64,000 bases of DNA from a virus: positions 32,001-96,000 of the IMG/VR virus record IMGVR_UViG_3300017761_003320; one strand, written 5' to 3'. Shown one piece after another: positions 36,358 through 44,636 of the stretch. The translations under genes and the position numbers were made by a program. The notes under the pieces are model-generated. The model made no database searches. It saw nothing but the letters and a program-made list of their open reading frames with translations, and was not told the DNA's origin. Numbering within the stretch: position 1 is the stretch's first letter; each line of letters begins with the position of its first letter.

Positions 36358-36363
36358 ATATGC

Positions 36364-36627
36364 ATGAATGTGGTGAATAAGCACGCGACCGACCGCGATA
36401 TCGAACTTTTGTTCGGGCCGTTCGAGCCGCACGAGAAAGTGACTCGCATCGATTCCGATGAGCTGTCTTTCGAGGACATAGCCGTCGCCGTTGGTGCTTG
36501 GCCTTCTCGCGGGCAGGCGAGGAAGAACGGTTGGTCTGGTCGCGTGCCTACCCGCTTTGGAAATCGCAAGCTTGGTAAACGTGTAATATGGTGGCTTGAG
36601 GCTATACCAGAAAAGGAAACCCAATGA
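36364..36627 (+). CDS. hypothetical protein, S4-like RNA-binding motif
   Basis: IAVAVGAWPSRGQARKNG...KLGKR. Confidence 0.45.
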   Translation: MNVVNKHATDRDIELLFGPFEPHEKVTRIDSDELSFEDIAVAVGAWPSRGQARKNGWSGRVPTRFGNRKLGKRVIWWLEAIPEKETQ

Positions 36628-36836
36628 TAGATCCACGTAAGCAAGAAATCTTAGACATGTTGGAGAAGCTTTGTATCGAGTCCGATATGGATGAAGATAG
36701 CCAGTTTCAGATGGTCATGGGCATCATAGCCCTTGAGGAATTAGCCATCGGGCGGGGGCGACTAATCGAACGTGGCGAATTGCCAGATGAAACTGTGCTA
36801 CCGATATCCGAACGAATTGGTATGACTCTACACTAA
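36624..36836 (+). CDS. hypothetical protein
   Basis: AAGGA RBS, ATGA overlap. Confidence 0.55.
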   Translation: MIDPRKQEILDMLEKLCIESDMDEDSQFQMVMGIIALEELAIGRGRLIERGELPDETVLPISERIGMTLH

Positions 36837-36843
36837 CTTGCCA

Positions 36844-36872
36844 TTGACAGCTATCCTGCTATATGGTATAAT
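36844..36872 (+). promoter_or_regulatory. consensus sigma70 promoter
   Basis: TTGACA-17bp-TATAAT. Confidence 0.85.
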
Positions 36873-36895
36873 GGTTGCATCATAAGGAGATTGAC

Positions 36896-37180
36896 ATGAA
36901 GCTAGAAATTGACTCTGAAGTTGCTGGTGCTATTGTCGTTGCTAGCCTACGCGAGTCATATGAGGATATCTGGCAAGAGATCCAGGATCTCATTGACAGG
37001 GATGACCTGATGCCTCACCAAGAGCAAGACCTCCTGGACTGTCGGCGCAACCTGGCCGCGGTTCGTACCGTGCTAGCATATTACACGCCGCATTCCGAGC
37101 ATCAGGAATATATGGCGCGCTTCTATAATCTGGTTCGCGATGATGAGGCTGAGGATTATCGCAATGCGTACGATGAATAA
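36896..37180 (+). CDS. hypothetical protein
   Basis: TAAGGAG RBS. Confidence 0.7.
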   Translation: MKLEIDSEVAGAIVVASLRESYEDIWQEIQDLIDRDDLMPHQEQDLLDCRRNLAAVRTVLAYYTPHSEHQEYMARFYNLVRDDEAEDYRNAYDE

Positions 37181-37379
37181 ATTCTTGCCTTACCTTCTTG
37201 CAGTGGCTTTCTTCGTGACCTTTCCAATGACCCTAGCCGTCACTTCTTGGTGGCTCAGTTTCATCTTTGGTCATGACGTCGGATTCTGGGCTGCACTGTT
37301 TGTAGTCATGTTGACTGTGACTGTGGCCGCACTTGGTTATGAGTTCATGTCTTTGAAAGAAGAGGAAAAGAAGCAGTGA
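37173..37379 (+). CDS. hypothetical membrane protein
   Basis: Two TM segments. Confidence 0.6.
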   Translation: MNKFLPYLLAVAFFVTFPMTLAVTSWWLSFIFGHDVGFWAALFVVMLTVTVAALGYEFMSLKEEEKKQ

Positions 37380-37774
37380 CCGAACTCTCGCCTGAGATTC
37401 AGGAGCTGGTTGACAAATGTGATCCTGATACCAAGCTGGCTGTTACTGCTTGGGTCATCAGCAAGATTGATGATTTTGGTCGTGATCCAGGTTCATTTCG
37501 TCATCTGATCTATACCTTGATGGGATTTGGTCCTGAAGCTTATATGCCGATATATTTTGCTGGTGGTATGAATATCACTAATGAATTGGACTATTCTCGG
37601 TCTGAGTCTCTAGCCCAGGTCCTACAGGAAGAGGGTATTGATAACCCTAAGGTCAAGGCCTTCGCCGGTCTATGTGACGAGCCAGATTGCTATGATTCAG
37701 TATGTTGCGGTACGCCGACTCCTGATGGTTATCGCAATACATGTTATGAACACAAACCAGATAAGGGCCCGTAA
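37376..37774 (+). CDS. hypothetical protein with C-terminal Cys cluster
   Basis: GSFRHLIY motif; CDEPDC...CYEH. Confidence 0.65.
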   Translation: MTELSPEIQELVDKCDPDTKLAVTAWVISKIDDFGRDPGSFRHLIYTLMGFGPEAYMPIYFAGGMNITNELDYSRSESLAQVLQEEGIDNPKVKAFAGLCDEPDCYDSVCCGTPTPDGYRNTCYEHKPDKGP

Positions 37775-37841
37775 CCCAACCGGCAGAGGTAGAGGACTTA
37801 AAATCCTTTCAGTGTCGGTTCGAATCCGACCGGGCCTACCA
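37765..37841 (+). tRNA. tRNA-Leu(TAA), short variable arm
   Basis: GAGGA-CTTAAAA-TCCTT arm, CCA. Confidence 0.9.
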
Positions 37842-37847
37842 AAGTTC

Positions 37848-37919
37848 GAGCCCGTAGCTCAGCGGTAGAGCACGTGACTTTTAATCATGTGGTCGTGGGT
37901 TCAAATCCCACCGGGCTCT
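37848..37919 (+). tRNA. tRNA-Lys(TTT)
   Basis: GAGCCCG/CGGGCTC acceptor, CTTTTAA loop. Confidence 0.92.
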
Positions 37920-37922
37920 TTT

Positions 37923-37999
37923 GGACCTGTAGCTCAGTTGGTCAGAGCGGGCCGCTCATAACGGCTTGGTCGTAGGTTCGAGTCCTACCGGGTCCACCA
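37923..37999 (+). tRNA. tRNA with CAT anticodon, probably Ile2 (lysidine) type
   Basis: GGACCTG acceptor, GGCCG-CTCATAA-CGGCT; lacks initiator features. Confidence 0.88.
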
Positions 38000-38011
38000 T
38001 ACATAATAATA

Positions 38012-38087
38012 GACTCCGTAGCTCAGTGGATAGAGCAACAGACTTCTAATCTGTGGGTCGCACGTTCAAGTCGTGCCGGGGTCGCCA
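38012..38087 (+). tRNA. tRNA-Arg(TCT)
   Basis: ACAGA-CTTCTAA-TCTGT arm, CCA. Confidence 0.95.
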
Positions 38088-38108
38088 AATTGATTTGAGG
38101 AGAAAAAT

Positions 38109-39062
38109 GTGATTGATCGTAGAAATATGCTAATTGGATGTGCTGCTCTAACTGCATCTGCATCGGCCAATGCAAATCAAAACGAACTTAGTTTGATTGT
38201 TGGATCCGGTATTGGTGGATCTTCTGACGTATCAACTAGAATACTTGCGGCCCGGTTATCTACAGTCGGTATTGATGCAAGGGTTTCAAATAGACCAGCA
38301 GGTAATGGTGTTGAGGCTGCAATTCATATTCTATCGCAGCCCGCTAATAGTAATGCTTTATTATCTAACGGGCTTGGTGGAATTTTCTTAGCACCTGCTA
38401 GAGAGCGTCTTGCCTATGATAGTGATAGTCTTGCTCCAGTATGTATGTTTAGCATTGCATCTTTCGTATTTGCAGTCAAATCATCCTCTAGGTTTAAAAC
38501 GATTCATGATTTAATTGCGGCAGGAAAATCTGGCTCGATATCCATAGGTAATGGTGGCGCTGAGACACAATATACTGTAGCAAAATTTGCTGAGGCTTCA
38601 GGAACAAATGTTGTCAATGCAGTTTATAGAAGTGGTGGTATTGCAACACAGGATTTGATTGCGGGTGTGACTGATGCTGCATATATCTCCGTCGCATCAG
38701 CCGCCGGTCTTGTCTCTGCTGGTGAGGTAAGAATGTTGGCACATACTAATGTTGATGGTTCACATATTCCTGGATTTACTGAAGTGCCTCATATATTTAC
38801 GATTGGATCTAATGATCCTGGACTCTTATCTTATGGTTATCATGGCCTATATGCATCGCGTAACATGCCATCAACATTGATTAACGATATTGCTTCTAAG
38901 ATTGACCGTGTATGTCGAGATGATAAATTTATTGATGATCATAAGACTAGAGGTATGATGCCATTATTTAAAGGGCCGAATGATCTTAAAGAACATCATA
39001 AGATTATTCAAAATAATTTGGTTATTCCTTATATGGAATGGGCAAGGAGAACTTCAAAATGA
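38109..39062 (+). CDS. Bug/TctC tripartite tricarboxylate transporter substrate-binding protein
   Basis: Tat-like DRRNML signal; GGSSDVSTR, NRPAGNG, YRSGG...DLIAG. Confidence 0.85.
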   Translation: MIDRRNMLIGCAALTASASANANQNELSLIVGSGIGGSSDVSTRILAARLSTVGIDARVSNRPAGNGVEAAIHILSQPANSNALLSNGLGGIFLAPARERLAYDSDSLAPVCMFSIASFVFAVKSSSRFKTIHDLIAAGKSGSISIGNGGAETQYTVAKFAEASGTNVVNAVYRSGGIATQDLIAGVTDAAYISVASAAGLVSAGEVRMLAHTNVDGSHIPGFTEVPHIFTIGSNDPGLLSYGYHGLYASRNMPSTLINDIASKIDRVCRDDKFIDDHKTRGMMPLFKGPNDLKEHHKIIQNNLVIPYMEWARRTSK

Positions 39063-39301
39063 TAAATGATTTAAGAATAGTTCAAGACCATGGTTGGATT
39101 CAACAACCCGACGGTACGTTGGCTTGGGGCCCAACTAGATTTTGGATGGAATCTTTGGGTGATGATGGTCAATGGACTCAGCTTAAGGTTCATATGATTA
39201 ATGAACAACCTAATCCAGCAGATCCTCTTTATGAGCCATCTGATAATGGTCTAGGTTCTGAGGAGACTCTCGCGCATCGCACGAGAATGACTCTATCATA
39301 A
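39059..39301 (+). CDS. hypothetical protein
   Basis: AAGGAG RBS. Confidence 0.55.
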   Translation: MINDLRIVQDHGWIQQPDGTLAWGPTRFWMESLGDDGQWTQLKVHMINEQPNPADPLYEPSDNGLGSEETLAHRTRMTLS

Positions 39302-39307
39302 TAGTTA

Positions 39308-39398
39308 CGGCGTGAGGGCTGGTGCTCACCAGGAGCTTATACCTCCTTAGGCAGCTGATTACTGTTGGGATAGGGTTCGATTCCCTACGCGCCGACCA
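39308..39398 (+). tRNA. atypical tRNA with TAT (Ile) anticodon and long variable arm
   Basis: CGGCGTG/CGCGCCG acceptor, D arm GGGC-TGGT-GCTC, AGGAG-CTTATAC-CTCCT, TAGGG-TTCGATT-CCCTA, ACCA. Confidence 0.8.
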
Positions 39399-39402
39399 AT
39401 TT

Positions 39403-39476
39403 GCGGGGTTCGTATAATGGCATTATCACAGCCTTCCAAGCTGAGGACACGAGTTCGATTCTCGTACCCCGCTCCA
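39403..39476 (+). tRNA. tRNA-Gly(TCC)
   Basis: GCGGGGT/ACCCCGC acceptor, CTTCCAA loop, TCCA. Confidence 0.95.
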
Positions 39477-39618
39477 CCTCTTTCGGAACAACCAGAATTC
39501 CGAAAGCATTTTTGGGAATGGTTTGATTCACTACCGGCTAAGACTAGAAAGACATTTCACGAATATCCGTTAGATATGGCCACACTCTATTTTGAAAATA
39601 AGGTATGGCCCTTAGTGC

Positions 39619-39707
39619 GGGGAAGCTGCTCGGATGGCGGACGGGCACCGGACTGTAAATCCGGCACATAAGAAACGCAGTAGGTTCGAATCCTACCTTC
39701 CCCACCA
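39619..39707 (+). tRNA. tRNA-Tyr(GTA)
   Basis: CCGGA-CTGTAAA-TCCGG arm, long variable region, CCA. Confidence 0.9.
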
Positions 39708-39718
39708 TATATAAGATT

Positions 39719-39979
39719 ATGACATATTCTCATGAAATGCTTCGCACCATAGCTCGTTGCATGTTCATAACACCCCTGAATCATATTCATGCCGGTTATG
39801 ATTGGCCTGCAAAGCAGAGAGAATGGGAATCTCTATCAAATAAAGATAGACAGATTTGGTTTGATAAAGTTATAGTTTGGTTGCAAGAATTAGAATCTAA
39901 AATGCCTGATTCTTATGATTTCTATATCAATCATTGGATAGCAGATTTAGATAATAGAAATCATCTTTTTAGTGAATAA
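39719..39979 (+). CDS. hypothetical protein
   Basis: ORF fills gap. Confidence 0.5.
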   Translation: MTYSHEMLRTIARCMFITPLNHIHAGYDWPAKQREWESLSNKDRQIWFDKVIVWLQELESKMPDSYDFYINHWIADLDNRNHLFSE

Positions 39980-40926
39980 TATTTTTCAATCGCATGGTCG
40001 ATAATATGACCAGCAAGATTTTGCAAAGAACATGCTTCCGTCATTGGGAAATTTGCTGAAGGATTAACTTCACATAGTTTTAATCCATCTTTGGTTGGGA
40101 ATATATCAATTCTTCCCCATTCAATATTCAATGCATTTAAAGAATTTTCCACAAGATTTCTAATCTCAGTTGACGTTCTTATGGGAAGCTGCACTCTTCC
40201 TTCATCATTCGCAAAGGCAGCTTTAAATTTTGAATAGCCTGTAAATGATGGTGGAATAGCTTGCATGGTGCTTTGAATATTACGACCTCGCACACAATGC
40301 GCTGTTAATTGATAATTAAGTTCAATAAATTCCTGAGCAATCACAGTAGTATTATGGATGCTATATGGATTTTTTGGATCTGATGATAGTCGTCGAGAGA
40401 ATTGAGGATTCGGAAGGAATTTAATTAGATTACCTGCAATCATTTGTAATTCAAATTCATCTTTGCAGAGATAAACTCTTTCCGATCCAGCCGCAAATCT
40501 CCATTTAATTACACATGGATATCCTATTAAATCTCCTATTTCTTCGGCCGCATCATTATCTAATAGATTTACAAATATAGTTTTGGGTGTGGGTATTCCT
40601 GCCTTTACATATTTTTCGTGGGCAATGATCTTATCAAGAGCATCAATATGAGGTTCTAAATCTGTTACAAATATGCTACCATGGTTTTTTAATATGGATA
40701 ATTTTCTTAAATTTTCCGGATTCCAGTGAGCATGTCTCATGATAATAAGATCAGGTGGAATTATTTGTCGCCCATCTATGAATACATTATCACCAACCAC
40801 AGTGCACATTTCAGGATGCACATGAGTTGCATTTAAACCACGTCTTTCCATCTCATTAAGAAACCGCCAAGTTTCATAAAAATGAGATTTAGGCCAAGGA
40901 CTTGTTAATAACCATGCATTGATCAT
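39961..40926 (-). CDS. RimK-like ATP-grasp ligase
   Basis: DK.......GIPTPKT, GYPCVIK, AQEFI, IDI...LCEVNPS. Confidence 0.85.
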   Translation of the reverse strand: MINAWLLTSPWPKSHFYETWRFLNEMERRGLNATHVHPEMCTVVGDNVFIDGRQIIPPDLIIMRHAHWNPENLRKLSILKNHGSIFVTDLEPHIDALDKIIAHEKYVKAGIPTPKTIFVNLLDNDAAEEIGDLIGYPCVIKWRFAAGSERVYLCKDEFELQMIAGNLIKFLPNPQFSRRLSSDPKNPYSIHNTTVIAQEFIELNYQLTAHCVRGRNIQSTMQAIPPSFTGYSKFKAAFANDEGRVQLPIRTSTEIRNLVENSLNALNIEWGRIDIFPTKDGLKLCEVNPSANFPMTEACSLQNLAGHIIDHAIEKYYSLKR

Positions 40927-41804
40927 TTGAACATTCTATCAATATATGATACTATATCTTTGGCATGATTTGATCCAAAATAATGGTCTCTACCAGAAAA
41001 CCCACCAGGAGAATTTACTTCACATATTACATATCCATTTGAGGATTTTAGAATATCAATTTTTGCTATTTCAATATTTAATGCATTTACTGCATCAATT
41101 ATAATAGTTTTCAATTTATCATTGATTTTATATTGTTCTCGTATACCATCATCTCTATTATTTGATATAAAAAAATCAACATTAGATTTAGGATATCTAA
41201 TTTGCGCTGCGATTGGTATTCTACCAATAACCCATGCTACTATGGTTGGCCCAGTGATTAATTCTTGTACCATAACTTTTTTTTGATATGGAAAGCGTAT
41301 TTGTATTTTTTTGCAATGTATGTAGATATCATCCAAGGTTTTACATAAGGCTACAAGTTCACCCCTTTGCGATAATATTGGTTTAATCACTACTGGTAGA
41401 TGTAGATTTTCTAAAACCATATCATCAAAAGGTATATCTATTGTGAGTGTTTTTGGTATTCTAACATTAGATTTATTTAAAATTTCTAATTGTTTCAATT
41501 TATTAGCACACATCAAATGTGCATCAATATTATTGATGCATTTAATTTTTAGTAATTTTAGCTTATTGATAAAATCGATACTGCTGCCATTGGTAGTTCT
41601 TATTAATACAATATCTGGTAAATTTTTTGGTATAGTTAGATTTGGATTTACTATTGAGGCATCAAACCCTAAAAATCTAAATTCATCAAGCAATCTTATA
41701 TTTTCATATTGACCACCTGGAACACCTTCAGATATTAAGGTATCACGATTAATTAGTTTTTCATCAATTGGTGCTTCTGATGTTAATATCCAAGCTTTCG
41801 CCAT
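40923..41804 (-). CDS. RimK-like ATP-grasp ligase
   Basis: ANK...IPKT, LPVVIKP...RGE, VQELI, IDIL...ICEVNSPGGF. Confidence 0.88.
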   Translation of the reverse strand: MAKAWILTSEAPIDEKLINRDTLISEGVPGGQYENIRLLDEFRFLGFDASIVNPNLTIPKNLPDIVLIRTTNGSSIDFINKLKLLKIKCINNIDAHLMCANKLKQLEILNKSNVRIPKTLTIDIPFDDMVLENLHLPVVIKPILSQRGELVALCKTLDDIYIHCKKIQIRFPYQKKVMVQELITGPTIVAWVIGRIPIAAQIRYPKSNVDFFISNNRDDGIREQYKINDKLKTIIIDAVNALNIEIAKIDILKSSNGYVICEVNSPGGFSGRDHYFGSNHAKDIVSYIDRMFK

Positions 41805-41807
41805 AAA

Positions 41808-42257
41808 TTAATTACACCAGCTTGTTTTGGCCTCACCAAAATATTCGCGCGCCAGACCTTCTGCGATTAATGAAGAACGCAGAGAGCGATTATCAATCAT
41901 TATATCACCAAGAACTCGGCCGCCATATTTGTCCCAATCCATAAGCATCACTTGTACACTAGATGCAGATGCGATTGCATTTTTGGTAAAATCTGTGGCT
42001 CGCTGCCCCATGATTGCTTCTTGCGGACATTGGGCGCGATGACCTTTTTCAGGAGTATCAACCCCATAGACCCTGACCGATATGCGTTGTGCAATCGGAG
42101 CAGGAATCCATGGAGCTTCAAATTGAACAGTATCCCCATCGACGACCCGGATCACTTTCCACGTATATGCTATGGCTTCTGGTGTTCTACCTAAAGCTGC
42201 AATAGCATAGATTAAAGTGGCCGCAAGAACGGCGATGAAAAATCCTGCTCTAATCAT
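41808..42257 (-). CDS. thermonuclease (SNase-like), secreted or membrane-anchored
   Basis: RVVDGDT, RVYGVDTPE, DKYGGRVLG. Confidence 0.92.
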   Translation of the reverse strand: MIRAGFFIAVLAATLIYAIAALGRTPEAIAYTWKVIRVVDGDTVQFEAPWIPAPIAQRISVRVYGVDTPEKGHRAQCPQEAIMGQRATDFTKNAIASASSVQVMLMDWDKYGGRVLGDIMIDNRSLRSSLIAEGLAREYFGEAKTSWCN

Positions 42258-42571
42258 TTTGTTTTACGCTTACCCTTAGTAACAGGTGCTGGCGCAGCTA
42301 CCTTAGGTGCGCGAGGCTTGCGAATAACCTTAGCCTTCACCTCAGCCTTTACTTCTTCAATAGCAGCTTTGGCATCTTCGACATTGACCTTGCCGTCTTT
42401 GTTGACATCAAGCGGCGTCTTGGTTGCAACCGCGGCCTGAATATCTTCAGCATTTACCTTGCCGTCCTTATTGACGTCTAGCTTCGCAGTCGCTTCGGCC
42501 TTCACTTCTTCAAACTTTTTCTCAGCCTCAACTTTGCGTAGGCCAAGCCATGTTAGCAATTTAATAAACAT
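42254..42571 (-). CDS. EF-hand-like repeat protein
   Basis: Two LDVNKDGKVN.ED copies; basic C-terminal tail. Confidence 0.7.
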   Translation of the reverse strand: MFIKLLTWLGLRKVEAEKKFEEVKAEATAKLDVNKDGKVNAEDIQAAVATKTPLDVNKDGKVNVEDAKAAIEEVKAEVKAKVIRKPRAPKVAAPAPVTKGKRKTK

Positions 42572-42680
42572 ATCTTCCTCCACTTATACGCTTATGCGTA
42601 CCAATATGTATCCAACACGAGTGGTTAAGCATTGTCCTCCGATCTGGCTATCTAGTAATGTAGAAAGCCATGTTTAACCC

Positions 42681-42708
42681 TGTACATTTGAATATAACCT
42701 GGTATAAT
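42681..42708 (+). promoter_or_regulatory. promoter
   Basis: TTAACCC-TGTACA-16bp-TATAAT. Confidence 0.65.
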
Positions 42709-42727
42709 GGCTTTGAAGGAGACAGAC

Positions 42728-42931
42728 ATGTATAGTATAGTTAGGATCCAGGTTCAATTTCTTTCCAGCAATGGTTTACCAATAAGTGATTGGAGAGATC
42801 AATCACATCTTAACTATCCTACAGATCGTCTTATTACCAGTCACATGCAGACGGCCAAGAGATGCTGGAAAGATGCGCGTGTGCGTGCTGTCGATGAAAA
42901 TGGCCGAGTGGTGGATATGCTCTATGCTTGA
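42728..42931 (+). CDS. hypothetical protein
   Basis: AAGGAG RBS; RVRAVDENGRVVDML motif. Confidence 0.65.
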   Translation: MYSIVRIQVQFLSSNGLPISDWRDQSHLNYPTDRLITSHMQTAKRCWKDARVRAVDENGRVVDMLYA

Positions 42932-43571
42932 TCCAGAACAGCTATATTATGATGGTAAGCTGTGGGGTGCAAAGGATCATAAATTTTGGTGTCTATTATC
43001 GACACTCCTTTTAAAATGCAAACCCAAATCAATACTCGAATTGGGTGCAGGTAGAAGCACTACCTTCTTCGCTGAATATGCATATGAGACCAATGTACCA
43101 TTTGTGTCCATTGAGGAGTCTCCAGTATGGTATGCTGAAATATATCGAGACCTTAGGCTCATGTTTTTACCTGGTACCTACATTAGACATGTGCCTGTGG
43201 ATCCAGCGACGGATTGGTATGATAGTGAACACGCGGATAATGCGATGGATATTACACCGTATGATTTGGTCATGATTGATGGACCAACAGGAAGAGGTAA
43301 GCGTGATTATAGAGGCAACATGCTTGTGGAGCGAGCCATACGTAAGGCCAGAATGATCATAGTCGATGATACACAGCGTGCCGATTGTCATGCCTTCTCT
43401 AAGCATCTGGCCAAGGCAAAAGGGTTTACGGAAATTCATATTCCTTACATGCAGCGCCGAAGGGGCACGACTACTGGATCCGTGGTATATGATGAAAATA
43501 CCGTAACTATTTTGACATCGGAATGGTCTGATATCGTATCATTAATGGTCCGAGATATTTACGGTAATTAA
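42924..43571 (+). CDS. class I SAM-dependent methyltransferase
   Basis: ILELGAGRST, YDLVMIDGP, IIVDD. Confidence 0.8.
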   Translation: MLDPEQLYYDGKLWGAKDHKFWCLLSTLLLKCKPKSILELGAGRSTTFFAEYAYETNVPFVSIEESPVWYAEIYRDLRLMFLPGTYIRHVPVDPATDWYDSEHADNAMDITPYDLVMIDGPTGRGKRDYRGNMLVERAIRKARMIIVDDTQRADCHAFSKHLAKAKGFTEIHIPYMQRRRGTTTGSVVYDENTVTILTSEWSDIVSLMVRDIYGN

Positions 43572-43586
43572 TTTACAACCGTTAGG

Positions 43587-43670
43587 TGTGATATTTTTGT
43601 CACACCACCCAGATGATTAACCAAAATTAACCAAATACCCCTGTACATCCCTCCCGGGCCGTGGTATAAT
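43587..43670 (+). promoter_or_regulatory. operator palindrome plus early promoter cassette
   Basis: TGTGA-N8-TCACA, 12 bp, TTAACCAAAATTAACC, TGTACA-17bp-TATAAT. Confidence 0.9.
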
Positions 43671-43693
43671 GGTACCATCAAGAGGAGGTTCCG

Positions 43694-43876
43694 ATGGAAT
43701 ACAATGTCGAAACTGAACGGCTACTTAATGATTTCGACCTTGAATGGGCGGAATATGTTGCTGGCCGTAAGGTAACTACGGAAGAGGCTATGGAGCTAGT
43801 CCGTGACTATTTGGATTGGGTGAAAACGCTGGAGGATAATGATGTTGGCCAAGAAGTCTATATCGAAGCCGCGTGA
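43694..43876 (+). CDS. hypothetical acidic early protein
   Basis: GAGGAGG RBS. Confidence 0.7.
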   Translation: MEYNVETERLLNDFDLEWAEYVAGRKVTTEEAMELVRDYLDWVKTLEDNDVGQEVYIEAA

Positions 43877-43961
43877 TCCCTCCTGGAGGGTTCTCCGCGC
43901 GTTGGGGGTAAAGGTGGTACGTGCCAAGCGCGGCCGGGGATCCTATACCCGCAAGGGTCGG

Positions 43962-44045
43962 TGTGATAAAAATGTCACACCCTCTGGGTATGCCGGTTAA
44001 CCCGCCAATTTTCCTCTGTACAAGCCCCGCGGCCTGTGGTATAAT
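43962..44045 (+). promoter_or_regulatory. operator palindrome plus early promoter
   Basis: TGTGA-N8-TCACA (43962-43979), TGTACA-17bp-TATAAT. Confidence 0.85.
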
Positions 44046-44075
44046 GGTCGCATACAACATGAAAGGTATGACACA

Positions 44076-44636
44076 ATGTCTATGAAACGTGACGATAAGG
44101 TACAGATTATCACCGACCTGCTGACTGCTGGTAACGGCCGCTTTACCGTGGCCGAACTTCTGGTCGCCGCAGGTACCGAGCGACGCTCTCGCTCGGCCAT
44201 CTTTCTGGCCCGCGAGCAGGGTATCGGCCTCGAGCCGATCCGCGACGGTCGCGAGGTGATTGCCTACCTTGACGCCAAGATTGGTTCGGCGCAGCGCGCC
44301 GCCGCCAATACGGCTGCTAAGGTGGCCAAGGCCGTCAAGCCTGCTAAGGTGGTCAAGGCGGTCGCCCCTGCTAAGGCGGTCAAGGTGGCTAAGGTGGCCA
44401 AGGCTCCGACTGCGGTCAAGCTGCCCAAGGGCGCCACTCCAGTCCCTGGTCAGCCTACGCAGTATGACATGCCGACGCCTAAGCGGTCTAGCTTCCGTGG
44501 GCCGCTTAGCCCGACCGAAAAGCTGGCTCAGATGCTCCAAGAAGATGGTCCTGCCATCGTGGCTATGGGCAAGCGTGATCTCGGCCCAGAGGGTGCCCTG
44601 GAGATTGAGGAAATCACCGAACAGAAGGTGGCCTAA
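44076..44636 (+). CDS. hypothetical protein with histone H1-like Ala/Lys/Pro repeats
   Basis: AKVAKAVKPAKVVKAVAPAKAVKVAKVAKAP. Confidence 0.7.
   Translation: MSMKRDDKVQIITDLLTAGNGRFTVAELLVAAGTERRSRSAIFLAREQGIGLEPIRDGREVIAYLDAKIGSAQRAAANTAAKVAKAVKPAKVVKAVAPAKAVKVAKVAKAPTAVKLPKGATPVPGQPTQYDMPTPKRSSFRGPLSPTEKLAQMLQEDGPAIVAMGKRDLGPEGALEIEEITEQKVA

Noticed and set aside
37638-37868. 76-aa ORF
   Set aside because: Alternate frame of a real gene plus tRNA sequence
43587-43604. Firm call as a canonical CRP or FNR box
   Set aside because: Spacer is 8 bp rather than 6; kept only as CRP-like with the regulator unassigned
43788-44540. 250-aa minus-strand ORF
   Set aside because: Antisense shadow of the GC-rich AKP-repeat gene; crosses a promoter
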